Program-made: the position numbers and the translations under genes
Assembly (NCBI GenBank): GCA_038087875.1
Contig: CM075992.1
Span: forward strand, 10,604,001-10,668,000
Length of the DNA: 64,000 bases
DNA from: Malacoraja senta
Lineage: Eukaryota
Direction of reading: 5' to 3'
Notes under the pieces: generated by a model
What the model saw: only the letters and a program-made list of their open reading frames with translations
Databases searched by the model: none
Told to the model about the DNA's origin: nothing
In this document: piece by piece, positions 14,573 to 25,790 of the stretch
Layout: every line of letters starts with the position of its first letter
How positions within the stretch are numbered: position 1 is the first letter of the stretch

Positions 14573-14989
14573 GGTGCAAAAGTACTTTAAAAAAATAAAA
14601 CTGAGGTCAGGTAAGGGGGGATGAAAGCTGGAGAGTTGGTATATCCCATTTGCGTGATGCTTTCAACAAAGTACTTGTTTTCCTCTTTTCCCTCTTTCTC
14701 TTTTTTCTTCTTTTTTATGGTCTATTTCTTAATTCTTCTTTTTTTTAATTTCTTTCTTATAGGGCCTTTGTTCTTTTTTGTTGTCACGTTTTTTACACTT
14801 TCACTATTTTCCTTCACTTTCTCCTTTCTCTCAATATTATCCTTTCCCTTTATTAGTGTAAAAAATGACGGAGTACATTATTGTAATAAAATATACGTGA
14901 CGATTACTGATGTAATTGGTTGTAATGTAATTTACTTCTAATAAATAAAAATTAAAAAAATTAAAAATGTTAATTTTTTTTAAAAAGAT

Positions 14990-16321
14990 GATGTTGTTTA
15001 TCTTGAGTTTCAGAGGGCTTTCGATAAAGAGCCGCATGCCAAGCTGCGACGGAAGTTGAGAGCCCTTGGTATTAAAGGGAACATATGAGCATGGATAGCG
15101 GTTTAGCTGGAAGTCAGAAGGCAAATAGTTGCAATAAAAGGCGCTTTTCCTGGTTGGCTCCTAGTGAATAGTGGTTCCGCTCGGGCCTCATCTCTTTACC
15201 TTGTATATAAATGATTTGGATAAAGGAATGGAAGGCTTTTTGGCCAAGTTTGAATATGATGCAAAGAAAGGTGAAGGGGCAGGCAGTGTCGAGGAGCAAT
15301 GACTCTGCAGAAGGACTTCGACAGGTTTGGAGAGTGGGCAGAGAAGTAGCAGATGAAATTCAGTATAGCAAAGGAAGGAATTATGCATTTGCGTAATTAG
15401 AATAACATGTAGATTAGTTTCTTAATAGAGAGAAAATCCAGAAATCAGAGGCGCAAAGAGACTTGCAAGTGTTGGTGCAGGGCTCCCAAGACGTTAATTT
15501 GCAAATCGAATCATTAGGAAGGCAAATTCAATGCTATTTACATCTAGAGGACAGGAATACAAAGACAGAGTTGGCAACTGAGAATCTATAAGGCGATGTT
15601 TAAGAAGGAACTGCAGATGCTGAAAAATCGAAAGTAAACAAAAATTCCGGAGAAACTCAACAGGTAACGTAGCGTCTATGGATCGAAGGATATAGGCAAC
15701 GTTTCGCGTCTGAAGAAGGGGTTCGTCCCGAAACGTTGCCTATTTCCTTAGCTCCATAGATGCTGCCTGACCCGCTGAGTTTCTCCAGCATTTTTATCTA
15801 CCATCTATAAGGCGCTGGTCAGGCCACATTTACAGTACTGTGATCAAATGTGGGACCCGTATCTGAGGACGAATGTGCGGGCTCTCTAGCGGGTCCAGAG
15901 GAGGTTTACAAGAATGATTCCAGGAATGGGTGGGTTAGCATATAACGAGCGTTTGATAGCACTGGGCCACTGCTCGCTGGAGTTTAGAAAGTTGAGGGGG
16001 TACATAATTTAAACCTACAGAATAAAGACAGGCACAGACATAGTGGATGTTAAAAGGAAGCTTCCTGTGGTTGGGGCGTCTAGGACCTGAGGTCATGACC
16101 TCAGTAATAAAGCACTCTTTAGAATGGAGGCGATGAAGAACCTCTTTCGTCCGAGGGTAGTTAATCTACGGAACACATTGAGGTAATTTAGAATCCACGT
16201 CTGTGGATGCTTTTTAATGCAGTTATAGAAAAAATCATGATTAGAACGACAGTCAAGGATGATGGAGAGAACGAAGAAAAATTGGATTAAGAGGCAGAGA
16301 TCAGCCATGATTGAATGGCGA
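14990..16321 (+). mobile_element. CR1 LINE, downstream part (RT C-terminus to 3' UTR)
   Basis: Resumes VYLEFQRAFDKEPH, then YINDLD, LVRPHLQYC and the 3' UTR gatcagccatgattgaatggcg. Confidence 0.9.
15596..15802. mobile_element. Palindromic Penelope-derived mini-element with hammerhead-like core
   Basis: Two inverted pLTR-type arms around ctgaaga-aggggttcgtccc-gaaac; 12-bp TSD atctataaggcg at 15584-15595 and 15803-15814 inside the CR1. Confidence 0.85.
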
Positions 16322-16579
16322 GGTAAACTATTTAAAAAGGGAGCGAAACAAAAGAGATAGTAAGATTAAACGAGAACTTACCTGATTGAAGTTTGATCTT
16401 TATTTTACGAGGAGATACGTGAAGTCCCGCCACTCCGCATGCGCGTCAATCTTCAAAGCAGCGGTGTGAAATCACAGGTAACAGTAATTGAAGTAACATA
16501 GTAAGATTAGAAAGCTGGAACTATCAGATGACCTTTGTGATATGAGGGCTGGGAGCGGTGGGCACGTAATCGCTCATCG

Positions 16580-16675
16580 TAACTCCTCATAAAATAAAGA
16601 TCAAACTTCAAACTGGTAAATTCTCGTTTAATCTTACTATTTTACTTCGGAGTCACGTGAGTGATTCCGTGAAGA
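16580..16675. repeat. DIRS-A internal complementary region (ICR)
   Basis: Reverse complement of 16357-16416 joined directly to reverse complement of 20043-20077 (cttactat|tttacttcgg). Confidence 0.92.
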
Positions 16676-16851
16676 TTTCAAAGCTCTGTGATTTCATGCC
16701 GTGGATACGATTCCATGCGACACATTGCCTCGGTTGACACAGGATGAGTAATAACAAATAATGCATTCAAACATGATATAGACTTAAACACGTTGATGCT
16801 TTAATTAACAAAAAAGGAAAACAATAGCGACCCCTCTCTCCCAGGGGGAAG

Positions 16852-17799
16852 CTAAAAAACTGAATTCAAAATGGAATGGCCAAATACCCCCGGTATGGCA
16901 AGAGGTTTATTGTAGAACCTCTGAAATGTCAGTTCATAGGACCATCCTGCTTCCGCGAGGATTTGATCGAGAGGGGCGCCCAGTGCCCTCGCTGCTGACG
17001 TTGATACCGCCCTGGAGGAGTGAGATTTAATAACGTCAGTGCCCACTCCGGCACAAGCCAGAACCTGTTTCAGCCACCTTGAAATGGTTTGTACCGACCT
17101 TCTTATGAGGCTTTTTGTGACTGAGGCACTTGGTAACCTTGATGTACTGCTGCAAGTGCGTAACTACACATAGGCGAAGGTCTATGGGGTATGCCATAAA
17201 AATAAGTTTAAGCCCTGACGTCCCTGGCCTGCTCTACTTAAGTAAATCATAAACATAAAATGTTAAGTTATTTACAGATGAAACCATCCTGTCCCGTCGC
17301 AGCTTCTGCAACGTCTGGTCGCGTGCACTGGAACCAGCGCCATGAGCATGATCACTTTTAGAGTGAGTCTGGGCAAAGATAGGGATGTTGCTGGAGCCCA
17401 TTGTCGAAGCAGCGTGAGAACCACACTCACATTACAGATCTCTGTGTACCTGGGCCTGGGAGGACTACAGTTAAAAATACCATTCATGAACCGGGATATT
17501 AAAGGGTGAGACCCAACAGAGTGCTGTCCAGATCCATGCCACATGTAGGACGATAAGGCACTCCTGGCACTGTTCATGGCACTATAGCTCAGTCGCTCAT
17601 GAAAATATAGTGTGGAAAGAAATTCCAACACATCAGGTATGCTTGCCGTGTGGTGTGATATGTTCGACTGCAAGCAGAACACCTCCCATTTCTTGATATG
17701 AGAGATGTATTGTTTTTTAGTACTATCCCTCCAGGCCGCAATAATAACATCCACCTTACGACCTGATAGTCCGAGCCCCAGGAACGGTCTCCTCAGAAT
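16852..17799 (-). pseudogene. DIRS-A tyrosine recombinase
   Basis: AWRDSTKKQY, SYSAMNSARSALS, HPLISRFMNG, HSSRA and AGWS..TFQRFYNKP; frameshifts. Confidence 0.92.
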
Positions 17800-18689
17800 C
17801 TGCAAATCAATAGATTAATACGGTCATGTAGTGGATGCCTCTCCCCGGTCACAGGGTGAACCATCAGGTTACTGCATTTGGGGACAGCCATAAAAGGCTG
17901 TGTTAATATATTCAAAACGAGTGGGAATCATGGCTGTGCAGGCCAGTCGGGAACTACCAAAACGCCTGAGGCGGAGTTCTGCTCGCTCATAAGCAAGCAC
18001 CGAGGGATGAGGCAAACTGGGGGAAATGCATATCAAATCATTTCACCCCAGTGTAGCGAGAATGCATCCACCGCTACTGCCCCTGTGTCTGGTTCCCATG
18101 AAACATACTTTGGTAGATGCTGATTTAATCTGGATGCAAACAAAGCAACATCTGGTAAGCCATACCGAGCGACAATATCATTAAATATTTCAGAATTCAA
18201 CATCCATTCTGTCATTGAATTTTCTGTCCGCCACCATGTTAAATCTACCTGGTAAGTAGATAGCTGAAACCCAGATGTTTCTTGTAATACACCAATGCTA
18301 AATAAGGTTAGACAATTTATCACATGATACCGACTTGATTCCACCCAAGTGATTAACGTATGCTACTGCTGTAGTGTTGTCAACCTAAAGCTGAACATGC
18401 AAGTCATGCATACTAGTACAATACGCCTTTAAGCCAAATAGTGCTCCCTACAACTCTAAATAGTTAATACCATGTGATTGAAGAATTAATGCCTCAAGCA
18501 TAGGTGTATGCTGTGTAGGTGGACGCAATTTGAAAAGGAATTCTATTTGGAACCCTTGTATACTATCAGTATAAACGAATCTGATGTTATGCTACACCAT
18601 TCATTGAACAACAAGTGTAAACACCCACCAACTTTTAACTGACCCATACATGACATGTTCTGAAAAGAAACAGATCCACTTACCTCCAC
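17794..18689 (-). pseudogene. DIRS-A pol remnant: N-terminus, RNase H part and Dam-like adenine MTase domain
   Basis: VGGCLHL..W..ITSDSFIL; PDVALFASRLN, YVSWEPD, VDAFSLHW, YAFPPVCLI, VVPDWPAQP; ends HPLHDRINLLICRF*. Confidence 0.85.
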
Positions 18690-18699
18690 GGTTGTCGGT

Positions 18700-19875
18700 G
18701 GAAACTTCTGCCACCCAGTTCTGGAGGTGAAGAATGTTGGAATGTGCCAATTGCGCTTGGTTGGCAAAAACCCGGCTTGGTCCTCCTGAACCAGCTTCAG
18801 CGAACCGTTTGTAGGGCTGCTGCCGAAATGGAACTTTGCTGGTCGGTTGGGCTTTAATGAGGATAACCGTTTTCGCCTCCTCGTCCAATTCTCGGACTTG
18901 TTTTGATAGGTCGTCACCGAACAGTAAATTCGGCGGCTGCACGTTGCTTGCCTTGCATAGTGCCGCAAACTTCGGATTCAGCTTAGGGCGGATTGTACTC
19001 TTCCTCAGACAGTTTATCTCAAAACGTGCATTGCACATAAGGGCAAGAGGATCCTGCTACACCTCAGACAGAGCCCCGCCATCAACCGACCTACCGAAAG
19101 CTGTAATTCCTGAAGCAAGCAGCTTTAGTATCTTTTGGAGCCTCAGGTCTTGGGCTCTGATACCCGCACCCATGTGACCCCAGATTGGGTGGTTCACAGT
19201 TGGGACTTTGAGTGAGGCACAATTGGCGGATGTCTGGTATTTTTTGGAGGTTTCATCCATAGTGAGGTCTTGTAGCTGGTGTGAGACCATGTATTTTATG
19301 GTCATGGCCAGATCCTCATCCAGCGGTCCCCCAGTTCCGGCCGGTATAGCAAATTTAGATGCCATGCTTGGCACCCCTGATTCCTGGCCTTTTTGCCTGG
19401 AGGTATGCTCATCAGCTATACCCCCGACCTCGTAGTCAGAACAAAACTGACTCCGTGTACTCTCCTCCTCCAAGAGGGAGACATTATGCAGCACTTCTAC
19501 AGGTCCTGCTGCCACGGGCCCCCGTGCAGACCCGCGGATATGAAGCTCGTCCTCCTCGAGCACATCGTGATGGAGCATCCTCTCCATCAGGAGCTCCATC
19601 CTGGACAGCCGCCCAAAAACGGCATCCATCGTGCGAGGAGAATCCTCCTGACCCGACTCATCAGAGTCAACGGGCCTGATCGACTTTATGGTGGCTTTCC
19701 GGCCCACCGGAGTAGCCATGGTGCTTTCCACCGGCACCAAGTCGGAAGCCACTGGCCGTGCCGCCAGTAACTATGAACGCGAGATAGACGACCGCCCGCT
19801 ACCCGCACTCCCGCGGTCTTCTTTAGCTGGACTCCCAGCGGACCGCCTCGACCTTCCCTTAACCATTTTCTCCAT
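18700..19875 (-). pseudogene. DIRS-A gag-like ORF1
   Basis: NCASLKVPTVNHPIW, QDLRLQKILKLL, LNPKFAALC, LLFGDDL; homologous to DIRS-B gag. Confidence 0.85.
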
Positions 19876-20169
19876 AGCCGACTTGTTCCTGCAACAAGAT
19901 TTACCGACCGCAGAAAACGACCGCAGCTAAGTTTAAAACTTACCTGAGGGTTTTTTAACTTACCGCTGGTGGAGCTACGCGCCTGCCAGCCCGTCGGTGC
20001 GCCATGCGTCAGATATAGAGCGCGCATGCGGACTGGCGGGACTTCACGGAATCACTCACGAGGCTCCGAAGTAAAATCACCAGCAAACAGGAGAAATGGC
20101 ATTATCTTGGTTTATTGCCAGTTTGCAGTGTTGACTTCGCACAATCCAATTTACAGTAATGACTCCAAA

Positions 20170-20590
20170 CAAACTCACTTCACCCGCACTGTTGCACATC
20201 CATTTCTCCACCCCCCCCCCACCCCCACCCCCACATCACACCACCAATTAACACTGCGTCTTTTCCTACTTTCACATATCTCCAATCCCCGAGATCTTTT
20301 TCCCCTCCAAATAAATCCCTCTCTCTGGCTTAACATTTCTTTATCTTATTTCCCGTCTGGCAGCGTTTTGTGTCCTTTGTCTCTTGCCCCACCCATCTAC
20401 TAATCTACCCCCTCACACGTACCGACAACTCACTTGCCACTTTATCTCTTCCCCATCTCTCTTTTCCAGCTTTATCCCTATTTTGCAATTAACGCGAAGA
20501 AGGGCCCCGAAATGATATATCGCATGTATTTCCCCCATCTCAGATGGTGCCTGACTCGCTGAGGGCCTCCAGCAATTTCCGTTTTCCTAA
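20170..20590 (+). mobile_element. Decayed Penelope pLTR relic
   Basis: Pyrimidine-rich stretch, then gaagaagggccccgaaat...gatggtgcctgactcgctgag..ctccagca. Confidence 0.55.
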
Positions 20591-21176
20591 CGAACAATGT
20601 TTGCGTTATAGTCGGTTGACAAATTGGGCCGTCTGCAGTACATCATGGACAACCACGAACTGCATACTGACTGCCCGTGGCCCAGGCGGACCACGGCTCC
20701 ACTACCCGTATTCTCAAAGACCAGAATAAAGCAGTCAATCTGCAGTAAATTTAGAAAGAAAACGTGATCGTGCTCAAATAACATGTTGGCGCATCGAAAT
20801 AATGCCAATCAACCTTTTTTATGTTCAGTACTCGGCTCGCAGCCTGTACTTATTTTGTTTAAAATGCAGTTCTGCCGATATTACAAGGACCAGAACTCAA
20901 TAGTGACACCAGTAATGTATGAAATAAAATCAGATATCATTGAGGCAGGACTGGAAGGCAGGTCCTTGATCAACTCGGTAGGTCAGCCGAAGCTAGGAGC
21001 TGATGCTGCAGTTGTACTAGGTATTTCTGATTCTGCATGTGGACTACCGGGTTCAGTTAATTCCATTGGTTTGCGCGACAACATGCTGGTAAAAATGCCA
21101 ACGACATGAAATAGAAGAGTTCTTATATTCTTGTCGAAAAACGGATTCATTGTACCTGGCCTCGTTGCAAGAAACA

Positions 21177-21865
21177 CGCGGACAGCATGATGGCTGCCTC
21201 GCTGACGTTCTGTTTTGGTCTTTTCCTTCTTTGTGTTTTGGTTTTTGGTAAAATGTATGTTTTAGTTTATCTTTTTGTATTATGTTGGGGTCTGGGGGGG
21301 GGCATTTTTTAGCTCTTACCCCGACGGAGATGAGATTTGTTCAGTGTCGTATCTCCGTCCGCACTGCGGCCCAACATCGTGGAGGGGGCGGCCTCTTGTC
21401 TGGGTTTTGTAGTGCTCCACGGCGGAGCCTGCGGGACTTTAATATGTCGGAGCGGTCAATCCCTTTGTCAGGGGGTCGGCTTTTGGCGCTCCAACCTGCG
21501 GACTATAATTCGTGAGCATGCAGTCTTAGGTTAGAGACCGATTTAGGGATGTCCAAACCGCAGGAGTTTTGACCCTCCCGATGCGGGTGGGCTCAGACCG
21601 CCCGACATGGGAGTTCGATGGCCTGCTGCGGATGGTTCGACTCCCCCGACCACGGGAAGAAAGGAGGAAAGAAATTAAGACTTTATTACATTACATCACA
21701 GTGGGGAATTTGGAGTTGTCGCTGTGGTGGATGTTTATTTCATTTTTTAGGTAGCTGTGAGTCCTTTTGCTTTTTTGGGTATGAGTGTTTGTCAAACCAA
21801 AATCCTCGTATGTTGCAAAACATAGTTGGCTGATAAATTCCGATCACGATTATTATGATGATGAT
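21177..21865 (+). mobile_element. Non-coding GC-rich retroposon, probably LINE-mobilised
   Basis: Order atggctgcc, T-rich block, G-run, GC-rich body, AT-rich end and (GAT)n tail; shares 5' motifs with 32413-33437. Confidence 0.55.
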
Positions 21866-22749
21866 GGAGATGAAGGCCCTGGACAAGGAGTTGTGTCTGG
21901 AAGTTTGGCACGCGGGTTCTTTCAGTGTCTGGTGCCAGGTTAACGAGCTAAACTTCGAATAGATGTCAAGCGCACATGTGTAGTGCAGACCAGATCATGT
22001 TGGCTTGCTAAATCATGCTGGCAAATGATCGGTGTATCCGAGCCTGTGAATAATTGGCGGACAGACGGGCGCCTCTTGGAACAAATCGTCCACAATGACT
22101 TACCCGCCAGCACCGTCTTCACTCTGTGCCCGCCAATGCCACGTACCTAGTCGCTATGTATATATCGATCAAAGGCTCCGATCAGATACGAGAGCTCCTC
22201 CCACTCGAAGGTCTTGACTAAGAAGCAAGCGGAAAATGAGTAACATGCTTCTTTTCCTATTTGGTATATTGCTCGTTGCTCATGCGTTCGCACAGACGTA
22301 ATCTGAGTTTTGCGAAGTGTAACTAAACATGTTTGTGGTGTAAGCACCAGCTTCCGCATCCACAACATTATATGGAATGGTTTCCATCCCACGGCTGGTC
22401 ACATCTCCGTCTCACCGTCACTCCATCTCACCCCTCTCTGCTATCCGCTTATACATCTTCATTGCCTTAGTTCATTCATCCCTAGATAGGCAGCTCACAG
22501 AGACAAACGTTTTGGGCGAGTGGTCGACGGTGGCTCACAGGTGGGTCACGTGACAGGATGTGGTGGGTCAGAGGTCGCTGTTCACTGAACTCCTCCTTTC
22601 CCGCTGACGCCCAGCTTAATCACTTATAATTTGTGCCTATCACTGTGTGTAACATAGAAACACGTCATCGTGGTCTCCCACCCACAATGATCTCTGTCTT
22701 AATTTACTGCCGCTAGCGACCACACCCAAACGTACCCACTTCGTTACTA

Positions 22750-23256
22750 TAGGTAGGCAGGTAGTGGGCAGGTAGCTAGTTATGTAGGTAGGTAGGTAGG
22801 TAGGTAGGTAGGTAGGTAGGTAAGTTGGTAGGTAGGCAGGTAGGTAGGTTGGTAGGTAGTTAGGTAGGAAGGTAGGTAGGTAGAGAGGTAGGTAGGTAGG
22901 TACGTAGGTAGGTAGGCAGGAAGGTAGGTATGAAGGTGGATAGGTAGGAAGGTAGTAAGGTAGGTAGGTAGGTAGGTAGGTAGGTAGATCGGTAGGTAGG
23001 TAGGTAGGTATGTAGGTAGGTAGGTACGTAGGTAGGTAGGTAGGTAGGTAGGTAGGTAGGTAGGTAGGTAGGTAAGTAGGCAGGTAGGTAGGTAGGTAGG
23101 TAGGTAGGTAGGTAGGTAGGTAGGTAGGTAGGAAGGTAGGTAGGTAGGTAGGTAGGTAGATAGGTAGGCAGGTAGGTAGGGAGGTAGGTAGGTAGGTAGG
23201 TAGGTAGGTAGGTAGGTAGGTAGGTAGGTAGGTAGGTAGGTACGAAGGTAGGTGGG
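22750..23256. repeat. (TAGG)n microsatellite, block 1
   Basis: Direct inspection. Confidence 0.98.
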
Positions 23257-23465
23257 TAATAATTAATAATAGTTCATTTTATTTGCTGGCGCCTTTCTAA
23301 CACCCAAGGACACCTTCCAAGGCATAAAACACAAAAATACAAAACAAATAATCGGAGTAAATTAAATATAAAAACACCACAATACACAAATCAAGGACAG
23401 AACTCAATTACAAAAGCACAAAAAGAAAATAAGAAACACAATTTGAAAATAAGAAACACAGGGAG
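23257..23465 (-). mobile_element. L2-clade LINE/SINE 3' end inside the TAGG array
   Basis: Minus strand ends ggtgtccttgggtgttagaaaggcgccagcaaataaaatgaactattattaattatta, like fish L2 stem-loop plus (ATT)n ends. Confidence 0.7.
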
Positions 23466-23467
23466 GG

Positions 23468-24755
23468 AGATAGGTAGGTACGTAGGTAGGCGGTAGGTAG
23501 GTAGTAAGGTAGGTAGGCAGGAAGGTAGGTAGGCAGAAAGGGAGGTAGGTAGGTAGATTGATAGGTAGGTAGGTAGGTAGGTAGGAAGGTAGGTACGTAG
23601 GTAGGCAGGTAGGTAGGGAGGTAGGGAGATAGGGAGGTAGGAATGTTGGTAGGTAGGAAGGTAGGTAGGTAGGTACGTACGTAGGTAATTACGTAGGTAG
23701 GTAGGTAGGTTGGTAGGTAGGTAGGTAGGGAGGTACGTAGGTAGGTAGGTGGGTAGGGTAGGTAGGTAGGTAGGTAGGTAGGTAGGTAGGTAGGTAGGTA
23801 GGTAGGTAGGTAGGGAGGTAGGTGGGTGGGTGGGTAGGTATGTAGGTAGGTAGGTAGGTAGGTAGGTAGGTAGGTAGGTAGGGAGGTAGGCAGGTAGGTA
23901 GGTAGGAAGGTAGGTAGGTAGGAAGGTAGGTAGGTAGGTAGGTAGGTAGGAAGGTAGGTACGTAGGCAGGCAGGTAGGTAGGGAGTTAGGGAGATAGGTA
24001 GGTAGGAATGTTGGTAGGTAGGAAGGTAGGTAGGTAGGTACGTACGTAGGTAATTACGTAGGTAGGTAGGTAGGTAGCTTGGTAGGTAGGTAGGTAGGGA
24101 GGTACGTAGGTAGGTAGGTGGGTAGGGTAGGTAGGTAGGTAGGTAGGTAGGTAGGTAGGTAGGTAGGTAGGTAGGGAGGTAGGTGGGTGGGTGGGTAGGT
24201 ATGTAGGTAGGTAGGTAGGTAGGTAGGTAGGTAGGGAGGTAGGCAGGTAGGTAGGTAGGAAGGTAGGTAGGAAGGTAGGTAGGTAGGTAGGTAGGTAGGT
24301 AGGTAGGTAGGTACGTAGGTAGGCAGGTAGGTAGGGAGGTAGGGAGGTAGGTAGGTAGGTAGGTAGGTAGGTAGGTAGGTAGGTAGGTAGGTAGGTAGGT
24401 AGATAGGTAGGTAGGTAGATAGGTAGGTAGGGAGGTAGTTAGGTAGGTAGGTAGGTAGGAATGTAGGTAGGTAGGTAGGTAGGTTGGTAGGTAGGTAGGT
24501 TGGTAGGGAGCTAGGGAGGTAGGTAGGTAGGTAGGTAGGAAGGTAGGTAGGTAGATAGGAAGGCAGGTAGGTAGGAAGGTACGTAGGTAGGTAGGTACGT
24601 AGGTAGGTAGGCAGGTAGGTAGGCAGGTAGGTAGGTAGGAGGTAGGTAGGTAGGTAGGTAGGTAGGTAGGTAGGAAGGTAGGTAGGTAGGTAGGTAGGTA
24701 GGTAGGTAGGTAGGTAGGTAGTAAGGTAGGGAGGTAGGTAGGTAGGTAGGTAGGT
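23468..24755. repeat. (TAGG)n microsatellite, block 2, with ~365-bp higher-order duplication
   Basis: Direct inspection; variant string ggaatgttgg...gtacgtacgtaggtaattacg recurs at ~23640 and ~24005. Confidence 0.98.
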
Positions 24756-25790
24756 ATAGACATTACGAAGACTGTTATAATATGGTATTGTGTGCCTGGT
24801 AATCACTTTCTCTTTTTCATTCCCTCCTGAGAGCACTGACAGACGATGCAAATGAGTTTCCACACCTGCCATCCACTAATACTTGTGGGCGACGGCCATA
24901 AACATCATGCTGCACACTCCTCACTTTCAGCAGTGACACTGAAGTAGCTGCATCAGTATGGGCTGTTGACAGGTGAAGCTTAAGAAGCAACAAGACCAAG
25001 GGGCAGGGAGGCAGGCGGTTGGCGGAAGAAGAAAATTGAAGAGAGTAGTAAAACAAAGTCAACAGGACAGGATAAGGTAGACTGAGTGAGAAAGCAATGA
25101 AGGAGAAAGACAGATAAAAATGAATGACAATAAAGGGAGAAGGGGAAATAAAAGACCACGGCAGGGGCAGAAAAAGTGCATAGTTTAAGAGAAGCACAAG
25201 GGGTAATGAGGAGAAGTGTTACCCTGTATTAACAAGGAGATGACCTAGAATAAATGCCATCAACCTAGGACATGACAGAGAGAACCCTACCTGCCATCAT
25301 GAACTGGGAGACCACAGTTCAAAAAGTTCCATTAAAAATGGGATTTTTTATTAATGTGAGAATGAATTTACAACCACCAAAATGTAGCATCAGGGGCAAT
25401 ATCACTTGGCTCTCTCATTCTTTGGTCAACAATCAAAGATGGCTGCATGGTTGCAAAAGCTTGGAATTAATTTTCTTGCTATGGAAATTTGGACCCCTTT
25501 AAATCAAGCATATGGTGCTTACATTCTGATTTTATTAAGTTGTCCTGAGAGGCCTCCATATCGCAACTGTAGTCTTGTAAATCAACAATGTGCCTGTCTG
25601 ATTGACAGTGGATCCCTGCAGCAAGCTGGGGCTTACCTGGACTTACCTGGTGTGAGCGCTCCAGCACACCCAGCATATGGACTGGACTTTGAATTTGTTT
25701 CTTTTGTAAATGACGCCAAAGTATGGCGACCTGTGCAAAAATGTCACTGTGCAGTGCATAAATGACAGAAAGAACCATTGAACCATAGAT

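Larger units (their letters stand above)
5574..14989 (+). mobile_element. Full-length L1-clade LINE with internal tandem duplication
   Basis: 5' end cttccggtggcgccatg, ORF1, ~0.9-kb spacer, ORF2, T-rich 3' UTR, AATAAA ~14940 and A-rich tail; 15-bp TSD gat(a/g)ttgtttatctt at 5559-5573 and 14990-15004. Confidence 0.95.
16357..20077 (-). mobile_element. DIRS1-type retroelement A, RT internally deleted
   Basis: Inverted termini (cgtgaagtcccgcca.tccgcatgcgcg ~16418-16445 vs ~20020-20048), ICR, gag, RNase H, MTase and YR remnants. Confidence 0.95.

Noticed and set aside
22236..22301. Signal-peptide-like mini ORF MSNMLLFLFGILLVAHAFAQT
   Set aside because: Stops after 21 codons, weak donor, no downstream exon identified
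23408..24872. Long LPTY-repeat ORFs (451 and 272 aa)
   Set aside because: Translation artefact of the stop-free (CCTA)n strand
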